A DNA stretch of 63,571 nt, the filler included, from Collodictyon triciliatum (lineage: Eukaryota): the NCBI GenBank assembly GCA_043381765.1. It is 5 parts of 5 records of this genome, joined end to end, with 100 filler letters (N's around TTAATTAATTAA, not from the genome) between each part and the next. Parts side by side here need not be neighbours in the genome. Positions count along the whole stretch, not along the records: positions 1 to 7,237 come from JBHJMP010000172.1; positions 7,338 to 20,246 come from JBHJMP010000175.1; 3 more parts are not named here. One strand, given 5' to 3'. Under the pieces are notes generated by a model, which was given only the letters and a program-made list of their open reading frames with translations, searched no databases and was not told the DNA's origin. Each line of letters starts with the position of its first letter. The stretch's first letter is position 1. This document shows positions 1-11,382 of the stretch, piece after piece. Position numbers and translations under genes: made by a program.

Positions 1-111
1 AGACAAAGACAAAGACAAAGACAAAGACAAAGACAAAGACAAAGACAAAGACAAAGACAAAGACAAAGACAAAGACAAAGACAAAGACAAAGACAAAGAC
101 AAAGATAAAAA

Positions 112-3100
112 CCTTGTTTCTGAGTGGAACCGCGCTGTATGTGATTGTTTTGGTGACTCCTGCTTGGGTTGGTAAATTATATACATAATCTCCGGATGTC
201 ACAGGCTGTTGTGTCTCAAAAACGCTTGTAATGTCATCCATCATATCCTACATTTCAGAAAATCGAAGAACGCTCATATTTAATGAATCCTTTTTCTTGT
301 CTATGTGGAAAAAACTTTCTTTCAAAGAATAGTAGATAATGTGTTAACCTTGTTCGAGGCACTCATCCAATCAGTATATACAATCTTTTTCATGTCTTCC
401 TCGCTCACACCAAGGATGGAATCTGGAGGCTTATTTGACGTGTAAAGCTTTCCGTTGCCTTTCAGATTTATAACCAGACTTGTAATACTTCCAAGAACCT
501 GAATGTGGTTAGATTCGATCAACAGGAAACCAACCCGAAAGCTTGACAAGTAAATATACATAGAGAAATAAGTATGCAATTTCCTGCTTCTTGGAATAAA
601 ATATCGTTTGCACATGATTTTTACTTGTTGCAAATGCGTCCTTGCTTTAATAGACTCTCCGAATGATATCGAGTTTTCGATCGCAACGCCTGCCTATGTG
701 ATGATATTTTTTTTGGCTGTAATTATTCATTCATCTTTGTGTAACATGATGAGTGTTAGAGTGTTTCATTTATATATGCGTTCTGTTGAAATGTGGCTTT
801 AAGACATACTTGGGCACTAAATGCCTGGAGAAGGTCCTCATCAACTTCATCAAACTTCTGCCCGCTTAACTGAGTCCAAGAAGTGAGACAATAGATTTGA
901 ATTTACATAGTGTTATTATTTTTTCAGTTGTATAAGACCTTTTGTTAAAGGAGGTAGTATCAAAGTCCAATCACAGGTAAATGAGCATTCACTAGATGTG
1001 GCAAACCCTACCTTATTAATCATCTGTGTCACACCAACAATTTTTTGCTGCATTGGATTAATGATTGGCATACATAAGATTGTTTTTGTTCGGTATCCTT
1101 TATGAAGAATATATTAGTTGAATCAATTTCTCACAACCAGTTACATATGATGCAAGGGGAAAGTTAACATCAACATGAATTTATAATATGCTTTGTCTAC
1201 AAGTTTAGTATAAAAAATGAATGAAAGAATAAAGGGATAGCTTATGCTGCAGAAAAATTCTCACCGGTCTTTCTATCTATTTCCGGATTGAAACGGGAGT
1301 CTTCATACGCTTCTGGTATATTTAGTGTTTCTCCTGATGTTGCGACATGGCCAGCTATACCTAAGTTCATAGGAAATCGAATTTCGGCTGCTCCTTCTGC
1401 TACCTGCGACCAAAGCTCTTTCCTCTCCTTTAAATTAATAGTATTGTTTATATCACCTTCGTCCATTTTTCTTTTCTTTTCTTTTCTTTTCTTTTTTATG
1501 GCAATATCTCGAATATTGTTAAATGATGTTAATAAAACCACCGGCTCCTCTTTTTTTTCTCTAATTTGATGTAAATAAAGTATTATCTTGATGTATTTGT
1601 TGGTTTATGATGCTATTCTATCGGCTATTCGAGTTATTCGTTTATACTTCTGGTGTGTATGTGTAATGTATACCTGGTCCACCAGGAATAACGTACATCG
1701 ATCTGCTTTCAGTAACTCTCTTGCCTTCTGCATGATAACTCGACACAAAGCCTGAGTACAAAATGTTTCAATGGATAAAGAGAAGCAGGAAACAAAAAGA
1801 TTTTTTGGATAATTCGACTGTGCATATTTTTTAAAAGAAAAAAGGTTTATCATGCCACTCAGCACCAATAACCTTAAGATTCAACTCTGATGAAAGTTGT
1901 CTTGATAACTCCAATATTACAGATATTCTATGTTGTGTTGTAACAGAGGCCTTGTACAGTTTTGCATTCCGAAGGAATACTCCTATGTTTTTTTGATGTA
2001 ATAAACTACTTAAAATGTGATACTTTAAGATTTTTTTTAACTACGTGATTGGTTAATTACAATTATATTCCCTATTATTTTGGTTAATGTCTTTGATACA
2101 TAGATAATTAGATGCAATCTAACCTGTTTGTGAAGCAATTATTTGAAGACATTGGTCATCAAGTGAATTAAATGGCTACAGACGAAGTTTCCGCGAATAT
2201 TTATTTTATTTATTTATTTTTTTTGCGTGGGACAAAGGAAATAATAGATAATCAGTTAAATGCTGTCTAGTTATTCTAATTATTTATGTCGATAATCACT
2301 AGCTTAAAAATGTTTATTATCTTTTGAATCAATATTACTTGATTTGATGGGAATCCGTCATGATTCAACTTATTGATGGCCTGAACAATCCCGACAACCT
2401 ACACGGAATAAAAAAACTGTTATATGAAATAATTATGCGTTTGTAGTATGTGCACGCTATACTAATTTTTCAAACTTTGAATAACATAGAGAATTATAGT
2501 ATGAACAATTGGCATCTCCTACTTTTCCGCTAACAGGGTCCTTGATGGGAGTGGAAAGTACACTTGTTATTTCAGAGCCAGAAAATGGCTCAATTTCATT
2601 TAAATATCTTGAATCCTTAAAAAGAAAAAATTAGAATATGATAAAGGGTTAAGTATGAAAAAATGTATAAAAAAAAGAGTACGTTTTTTATCATTATCAA
2701 AAGTAGTTTTATTGAATTATTTACCTTAGATGCATTGGGAGTATTCAAGCTTTTTCCTAACTGCAGTGCGGCTCCGGCTAACCCCTGAATAAATGACACA
2801 TTAGTATTTCAGAGAAATATTCAGAAATGACATGTTTAATGTAGATACCTGTCCTATCTGGAGTCGGATCTCTTTTTCCTCATTTTTGGTGTCTATCGAT
2901 ACCAAGTCTTTTGTAATATCATCAATTTCGTATACTAATGCACTGATGGAAAACAATAGTGAACAAATTAGTAAAATATATGGATTGTTTTAAATGTTAT
3001 TGAATGTAAAAAAAAATGTAGTTCCAATTAAATATTTTTTCCTTTTTTTTTATTCTTCCTTTCAATTTTGCGCAGGATGGTGAAAAATATTTTTTCCTTT

Positions 3101-4337
3101 ATTCAATTCAAAGGAAGGAAGGGTTGTTCCCATTAAAATATTAAAAAAAACTATCTTTTATGAAGCTAAAATATACCGCTCTGATTGAAGAAATCGACCC
3201 GCGTCTTCTGATATTTTATCCCTGGCTTTTTCTGCGCTTAGTTCCGCTGCGATGGAGGATGACTTGTTTGTCACTTGAAGTAATTTATTTACTTTCTGCG
3301 TGAAAATATTTTCTTAAAATTCATGCAATTTTTGCGAATAGTACCAGTATTAAGTATGAGTAAAACACGTGGCCATATCTGTATTAGATTTTGTATCAAT
3401 ATCAATTTTCTTTATCAACATAGTTATGTGTTGCTTAATTATTTGAAAGGGTGCCATCGATTTTATTCACGAGAATTGATTTCAAGCTATCGAAATACTT
3501 TAAAAACTGTGGCAAAATCTTCCATAATAGATTTTCGGGCATCCGAGGGGAGAAACTCCAATCTTCCAGCAAATTCCCTCTCTGACATTGTACCTGATAT
3601 GAGGTCCTTCGTTTCCACCCAAACAGAAAGTAAGCAAGTAAGTCAATGGGAGAGGAGGAAATCTTTGAGATATTTTAGGATTACAAGAATGTATGGCGAT
3701 GACGGAGAGTCATCCAAATAGCTTGGCCGGGCGTAGTCATATACAAAAACCCTGGAACAATTGCTATTAATGTTTTAAGTAACGAGTGTGATAAATAAAT
3801 TAAAAAGGGAATGATGAGATAAAATTAAAACTTTTTTCAATTAAAAAATTCCGTAATTATTAAATTCGAAAAGAAGAAAGAAAGAAAAAAAGGAAACTGG
3901 TAAACTCACACTTTAGGACTTTGCGCAACTCGTTCCTTTTTATATAGAGAATTATTAGTATTCGATCATACATCCGTTTTATTTATGAGCAAATAAATAA
4001 GAAATATAAGTTAGATGAAGCGCACCTTTCTTCTGGATTGTTCAGGAATGGCATCTGTAACCCTAGGTTCTGCCAATGGCGGTTGTTCTGCGTTATCATC
4101 ATCTAATTCAAATTGGTATATTTTAGAAAGAAATTGATGGAATTCTCTAAACTCTTGCAAGTGCGCAAATAGCATGTAACGAACTGCTTTTTTTCTCGTA
4201 TTTGGACGTTTTATAAATACTTTAGCGAAAATAATACCAAATCCCATTAACTTATTTGCAGCAAAAGACATTCTCCTTTCTCTTCTCACAGAAAAATCCT
4301 CTTTTACAACGTCTAATTGTGACTTTGCTGTGCTTGC

Positions 4338-4378
<41 letters not shown>

Positions 4379-4548
4379 AAAAAAAAATAAAAAATAAGAT
4401 ATTTTNNNNNNNNNNNNNNNNNNNNNNNNNNNNNNNNNNNNNNNNNNNNNNNNNNNNNNNNNNNNNNNNNNNNNNNNNNNNNNNNNNNNNNNNNNNNNNN
4501 NNNNNAAAAAAAATACTAATAAAAAAAAAAAAAATATGATTTCAAGAG

Positions 4549-4582
<34 letters not shown>

Positions 4583-6637
4583 AAGGAATGTGATGGGGTG
4601 AGAGGATTACATATGAGAGTCTAGTTGGCCAGATTTTCCCGTCTCAAAATGATATAATAATAAACTGAAGTTACTAAACTCGGTGTTTGTACTATTTCAC
4701 CTTTTTGGTCCACGCCCGGAAGTATTTGCACGCACTTTTGTGTTGGGCGCTGTCCTTTAGTTTCCCCTGGAAAGCCATCGAATGAATTTTTCTGTATGTA
4801 TAAAATATTTTTATCAGAATAATGAAATATAATTTGAATAATCATATATGTAGCTATGGTTTGACCAAAAAACGTGGTGTATTATTAAAAGTTATATATT
4901 TAGACTTATCAATTTAAATCTGAGTTTTAAGACACTTTGAATCGAATAAAGGAAAAAAATCTCAGTTTTAAGTAATTACCTTCTCACGAGGCTTTTTATC
5001 TCCTAAGATGGGAAGGGATGTATGGCTCGAAACGTTTGTTAATGTTGGTGATTTTGGTGCAGAAAGTAATTGAGAGTTAGTTTGGAACCCATTTGAGTAG
5101 GACTCTGTCCCATGCGACCGGATTCCTGAACCAGGCATAGGTGAAGAGACAGATATTGCTTTAAGGATTCCGTCCAACTGGATAGGTCCATCAGTTATTG
5201 ACTTTCGAGGACCCAGCGAGAAAGACATTCTCTACGAAACATATTGGGATTGTCTCAATTAGCGGAACTCAATCACTCTAGTTGCAGGTAAAGCATAAGC
5301 ATATGTTGATATAGGAAGAAAATGAAAAAAAAATATGGCGAGAATTTTATGTATGAATGTTCACTTATACGATTCATAAAAGTAAGGCAATCATACGTGG
5401 TTCGCTATGAGTGCTTCTCGCTGTTGTGGGTTGAGTGGCTTCCGTGGAGGACGTGGATTTCTATCGCTCTACAGTCAATAAAGTGCATAAATGGTTCACT
5501 ATTATTAAATCCAGCCGGGTTCGTTTTTAAGCATATTTTGTTGCGTATTACTATGGGCATATGTATCTATATATTGGAGAACAAGAATTTAAACACAGGT
5601 TAAATAAAAACCAACGATAGTGGCACCCTCTAAGGAAAACATGATAAAATACAACTGTAAAGAAAATTATAAAGACGCATTACAGAGTCATCTTCCGATC
5701 CAAAGTCATCGCTCGTACTTAATCTATCAGCACCTTGTCTTTTCCCTGATTTATCAAGACGTTTTGCTGTAGAACTTTCGGAACGTAGATTTGAAGTCTA
5801 CAGCAATACAAATGACGCTTTTGAGTATAGGAAATGACAAAATGAATCCTCTTTTTTTTTATAACTATTATTCACATACAAGTTTAACCAGAGCATTAGA
5901 GAGAAAAATGTAATCAGTTGTTCTATTTGGAAGTAAAATTATTAATTCGCCCATGCAATACCTTTTTTTCATCCACAACTCTACCAGGAGAGCGATATTT
6001 TGAGGGATGTCCATCATCAGAGGATGATAGATTTAAAGGCAAGGATGCTTCAAGGAGAAAAAAAAAAAGAAAATTGTTGACGTTATGAATAATGATATCG
6101 ATTGGCTTTAATGGCCATAACTATAGTGCTTTCAATAATTGGAAACCCATGGACATTTTCAAATACATATGAATTCATGTCCGATATAAGAAGATAAGTA
6201 ATCAATTGTATCAATTCCACTCACAACTAGCCATATCTGTATCGAATCTATAGGATATACAAGTTGACTTAATGTAGGTGATATTTGAGGGCATATATAG
6301 CAAATATAATAGAATGAAATATTGAAGAACTATCATCGTGATGTATACAAATCCATGAAGGATATACTATAGATATTAATATCAACATCAAAGATGACTG
6401 AACTTTGGCAGATATAATCTGACCATGTCTGTTGGGCGCGTCGTTTTACATGAGAAGAACCCACCTTATCTCACTCGAAACGTTGTCACAGCCACTTTTC
6501 TTCCAGGAATCAGTCAACAGTTGGTCTTTATATAAAAATATGAATCCATATTTACTTAGAGTCTGGACAGTTTTATATGGGTGTGCGCTTGTTTTCTCAA
6601 TAATTAATTCCCGTTGAAGAGTTTTTGCTTCTTCCAT
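112..6637 (-). CDS. Multi-exon GAF-GAF-PAS signalling protein (probably a nucleotide cyclase or phosphodiesterase; 3' end lost at the contig edge)
   Basis: GAF exons: [16 protein letters not shown] (~1680-1750), [52 protein letters not shown] (~1265-1420), [28 protein letters not shown] (~1012-1097), [15 protein letters not shown] (~810-870). A first GAF lies at ~2120-2950 (LVSIDTK...[18 protein letters not shown]...VGIVQAINK). PAS-like exons at ~348-498 and 112-246. Linkage of the N-terminal exons (3170-6637) is inferred from shared strand and GT-AG junctions. Confidence 0.75.
3037..3125 (-). mobile_element. Family A mini retro-insertion with a nested family B copy
   Basis: Core tttttcctttattcaattcaaagg at 3091-3114. 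Outer duplication gttccaattaaatatt (3021-3036) / gttcccattaaaatatt (3126-3142). Confidence 0.7.
3046..3084 (-). mobile_element. Family B mini retro-insertion (39 bp)
   Basis: Insert ttttttattcttcctttcaattttgcgcaggatggtgaa. Perfect 16-bp duplication aaatattttttccttt at 3030-3045 and 3085-3100. Confidence 0.8.
4932..4956 (+). mobile_element. Family A mini retro-insertion (25 bp)
   Basis: Insert acactttgaatcgaataaaggaaaa between aaatctgagttttaag (4916-4931) and aaatctcagttttaag (4957-4972). Confidence 0.8.
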
Positions 6638-7237
6638 GTATTTGATTCAAATATATACGAGAAAAAAAAAAGGGAGGAATATAGAAAGCAAAAAGGTTTA
6701 TGTCTGGAGCGGAGCTATGTTGCAGTTATGCTGCCCGCGCAGACAGTGATTTTTGCTTCATGTTGTATTATTGTAAACGTTATGAATGTGTTTCTCACTG
6801 AAAGAATTTATTTTTTTAAAAAAAAGTATAACCATAACCTTCAAGACAGTATGAAAAGTCTTATATTCCCTCGCGCGCTATTTGCATCTATCTTTCCATT
6901 TCGACGATGGGGAAAAGATCCGTTTCGCAACAGGGCGAACGCAATAAGGGAAAAGGAGGGAAAAGAATATAAAGAGGGCGATACTGGTATGAGCCTTATA
7001 TATTTCACCTTTAGAAAAACGATGAATAAATCTGCAGTAAATGATAATAAATAAATTAAAAAAAAATATGAAAAAGAAACGCGAATGATATATAAACAAG
7101 AGGCCAAGCTGTATCGACATCAACAACAAATCAGAGTGGGGCAAAATGGCAATGCGTCACACAGCGCCAACTGCACAACGCTCGACACGAACAAAACCCA
7201 CCAACAAAATCCAGACCGCAACCACCTCCTTTCAAAG

Positions 7238-7337
7238 NNNNNNNNNNNNNNNNNNNNNNNNNNNNNNNNNNNNNNNNNNNNTTAATTAATTAANNNNNNN
7301 NNNNNNNNNNNNNNNNNNNNNNNNNNNNNNNNNNNNN
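7238..7337. other. Artificial contig linker (N-TTAATTAATTAA-N)
   Basis: Six-frame stop linker at 7282-7293 inside 100 bp of N; the same design recurs three more times. Confidence 0.95.
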
Positions 7338-7614
7338 TGTTTTTATGATGTTTTTATGATGTTTTTATGATGTTTTTATGATGTTTTTATGATGTTTTTA
7401 TGATGTTTTTATGATGTTTTTATGATGTTTTTATGATGTCTTGTGCAATAACATTTATTCATATCTGCTGTTTATGTATCTTGATTTGGGCTCTCTTTTA
7501 ACTAGTTGTACGTAAATAAGAATGATTGGTCTTACACCTTTATAATTTTTCCGGCAATAAATTATGAGAAAATACTAAGTGGGATTTTTCATAAAAAAAT
7601 AATAATAATTCGTA

Positions 7615-7982
7615 GTCGACACCACTTAGACGAATTAGAACTTGAATTCTGTGAAGCATCACATCTAGCGAGTAAGATGACCCTCGACCGCATCCAAACA
7701 GCTGTATCGTACAGGTAAGTTTTTTTTTTTTATTAGCACACGGGTACGTCTTTGCCTGCGCGATTTTGCGTAGGTATTATTTCGATACACTCTGGCTTCT
7801 GCAATCTAACAAACCGCCCACTATCAGACAAAATGCACCGGGTGGATATAACTCACCTTTGTCTCCGCGGTCTGTGCGCGAAGATGAGAGCGTAGTGACT
7901 GGAGAGTATATTCGCGACCGACTTGGTTCCATCATTTCGTTTGGTCGCCCGGCGCCTTCTGCCAGATCCAAGTTTCAATGTA
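7615..7982 (+). CDS. Partial multi-exon hypothetical protein
   Basis: Exon HHLDELELEFCEASHLASKMTLDRIQTAVSYR ends at donor gtaag (7715); acceptor tag at ~7773 continues in frame with YYFDTLWLLQSNKPP. No family recognised. Confidence 0.4.
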
Positions 7983-8751
7983 GATACTGGCATATAGCAT
8001 CAAGCTTCGTTCAAAATTTTTTTTATTTCTCTTATCCTTTAAACAGTGCCCATCCTTCTTTTCTTTTTCATCCTGTTTGATATTGACCAAGCCGTTTTAT
8101 CATAAGCCAATCGATGGTCCGTGTCTCTGTTCAACCAAGTCGACTTTTCCGAAGTCCAAAGCGAGCGCAGTGTTCACTCAACAACCAGTGGAGCTCATTA
8201 GAAGCTCCCCTGTCAATGTCGCGCTTATGCATCCCAATATCTGCAGTGACTTACATCTTAACACATGCAATCTCGCACACAAACGTCTATAATCTTCTTT
8301 GTTTCCCTCTTTTTATTCTTTCATATATCAGGATATTTGGTGGTGCTGCACTTTCTTCGCATTTCTTTCTTTCTTATTTTAAGCTCATCGCTTGGAAATG
8401 AGGAGAAAAATATATAGACACTTTACAACAGACATACATTGGATAACTTTCCACTTCTTTGATACGGTTTGTGATAATAATAATAAAAAAAAAACCCCCC
8501 CATTCCAAGAATCACACATCGGATACTCCATTTCTCCCAAAATCTTTTAAAAAAATTACTGAACATAAACAATTTTATAAAGTTTGTGCCTGCTTGAAGA
8601 AAAAGAATTATGTGTCAGTTGGTGAATTGTCGAAAATGTACCCAATCAATAGTGGGCGGTGAAAGAAACGCTTTCAATGGCAATGAGTAATCAACCAGGA
8701 ATTTGTAAACAGAAGCTTTCCGTTCATAGAATAATACAAAGGAAAAAGTCG

Positions 8752-10992
8752 CTATTTTTTCTTCTTGGCAGGCTTCTTGGTTTCCTTCGTAACTGGCGTA
8801 ACGACTCTCTATTTAAACACGAAAATAGGTGCAAGAAATAAAAGTCAATATAATACGACAAAATTACAATATAATGGAATAAAATATGGAGATATAGATT
8901 AGACGAGAAAGACTGCTAGTATTCGGATATAAGGCCCAGCGCCTCAATTTTTCTGATTACCTCCACCTTCAAGAATTCAAAATCCAGTTCTCTTTGATTG
9001 GAAACAGCAATATCAAAGGGCATCTTACCCTCCCTTAATTCAATTAGATTTTTGCGTGTTAAATTAGTCCTTCCTAAACCTGTCCCTTGCCATAACTAGG
9101 TCGAAATAATGAAGTTACCCATTTTTTAATTCGATGAGCTGTGGGAACTTCTGAGACAGATTCAAGGCCATCGTAACATTGCCAAGTTTCACAGATATGT
9201 GCAGCGCTGAGTCCCCATTAGGCGACACTTCGAAAGGATTTGCGTGATTGGCAATGAGTATGTTCACGAAAGTCTCATTGTCCAGTAATACTACATAAAA
9301 GTATAAAAAAAAATAGGAAATGAAGGTAAAGATTACAAAGAAATATATAGGCAAAAAATTACCTACAAAATATCAATACACTTGGACTTGAAAACTTTAA
9401 ACTTCTGGCAACAAACCGCAGTAATTGAGGGCTGGTATTCCATCATCCACTTTGTAGTTCGCTATTTCAGAGGCGTCATCCTTAGATAGCTTAACCCTTG
9501 CTATCAATTCATCAAGTAGCCATTTTTTCCCTGCCTTGAATATGTCGGACAATGGGGAATGTTTTAAATGGTCCTTCACGCCCCAATCAGCTCCGTAATT
9601 AATCAAAAATGAAGCGCAATTATCGTGATTGTAATGAAGTGCCTGTTTATTTACGGATTGTTTTCATCATATTTTTATGTCTTAAATTACTGAGCATTTG
9701 AATAAAAAAAAAAGCAAAGAAAAGGGTGCATGAAGTGAACAAAATATTTTTAAAAAGAAATTGAAATAATTTGATATCGATGCAGAATAATTATATCGTG
9801 GTAACATATGCAAACCAGTCCCAAAGCTGTTCTTCCATCGCCACAAGGCTGGTCTATCTGTGCCCCATTTTTTAAAAGAACACTCACAACATCAAGGTGT
9901 CCGTGGGTCTACACCAGGAAAAAATTTAATTTTGGAGTCCAGCTTGATTCATTTAAAAATATTTCCTCATCAAGTGCATGGATATTACTCATCAAAGCTT
10001 ATTTACAGTTTGTTCACTTATTATATTCATAATGATTACGGCAGCCCAATGGAGAGGCGTGAGTCCATCGACTGAAGGAGCGTTTACGGGGCTATGCTGA
10101 CTTATGAGATGGCCACAGCAGACGGACGAACCATTCATAGAGGCGTAATGAAGCGCCGTCCACCCGCGTTCATTGCGGGTGATTACCCGCGCACCCATCT
10201 GGATTAGATATTCCATGATTTCTAGGCGACCTTGTGCAGCCGCATACATGAGTGGTGTATTCCCGTTTGCATCTTTTCCATCCACATCATGACCACCCCT
10301 CACAAATGCCGCAACAACATCCATATCCATCCTTTCAGATGCATAGTGGAGTGGGCTACGTCCGCGACTAAGGCCAGCTGCGGACTTTATTTCCTCGGTG
10401 AGCTATATAATTGTAAGATTATTAAAACGTACATACATCACATACATCACATACATCACATACATCACATACATCACATACATCACGTACATCACATACA
10501 TCACATATGTTATATTTTTACATTTTTACACTTTTACATTATTACATTATTACATATATTATTTTCACTATTTTCAATGTATATACACTGTATTACTTGC
10601 GCGAGATTCATAGGCTTCTTTCGTGGAGATGAGTTCGTTGCAGTTCGTGGGGTTTGGACATATCGAGGGGTCCGGAAAGACTGACCTGCAGTTCGTGGGG
10701 TGTTCGAAGCAGAGGCAAGGGGTGTTCGGGGCGTTCGTTGGGTGCTTTGCATGTGATGGAAGCCGGTTTCTTTGGATGATCTGCGTCGTTTTAGTTGGTA
10801 CAAATCATTACTATCCTACAGTAGAATATTGCTATTATGCGATCCTCTAGTTCGCTGCTTTGTGCATGAGAAGGCCGATAAAGCTCTGCCAGGCTTGCGC
10901 CCCTCTTTAAATCCAACTCCTGAAAGTGCATTGCGGATCTTCTGTGGAGTCTGCATCAAAGAATCACAGGTTTGACAGGTTGGGAATGACAT
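8752..10992 (-). CDS. Ankyrin-repeat protein
   Basis: Ankyrin motifs GNTPLMYAAAQGRLEIMEYLIQMGA, GWTALHYASMNG, GLTPLHWAA, GRTALGL, GDSALHISVKLGN and GKMPFDIA across several GT-AG exons. Last exon ends KKPAKKKK-TAG. Start uncertain. Confidence 0.85.
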
Positions 10993-11382
10993 AGTGTGGG
11001 CGACGACCGAAAGAAGCTGCGAATCAAAAAGGCACCAACCAAACCACTATGACCGAGAAGACAGAGACACGAGACCATGTCACTTTATTTGTTGATGAAA
11101 CGTATTTGACAAAGGTTTCGGAGCCGCGGTTTGGCCCTTGCGTGGGTTGTTGGGAAAAGGAAACGATCGATTATACCCACAGATAAGTGCGGGTATGTCT
11201 TGGAAGGAAATGAAAGAGGAAGAGGAAGAGGAAGAATGAAAAGACTAAAATCCTTCGGAAGGAGGGAAGGGATAGGCAGCGGGCTGACTTGTAACATTGG
11301 CGGTGGAGATATGCTACACTGAGGTATGCGGAATAAAAGCGAAGAGGTTCTGCGTGGCGATGGAAGGATTTCGGAAACACGT

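Noticed and set aside
1-104. (AGACAA)n and other contig-end repeats as telomeres
   Set aside because: The units differ at each end and several interrupt genes within introns; they are assembly breaks at SSRs.
1218-1240. Further family A-like matches (1218-1236, 23535-23570, 35606-35625, 47870-47890)
   Set aside because: Partial motif only, with no convincing target-site duplication.
7282-7293. TTAATTAATTAA palindrome repeated four times as a biological motif
   Set aside because: Always centred in 100 bp of N; it is an artificial six-frame-stop linker, so adjacency across it carries no meaning.
10816-10818. In-frame TAG between two open segments of the ankyrin gene, suggesting stop-codon reassignment
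   Set aside because: TAG terminates other genes here (cyclin, CDC14, the ankyrin gene itself), the conserved exons I decoded contain no in-frame stops, and the context ctgtag fits a splice acceptor.
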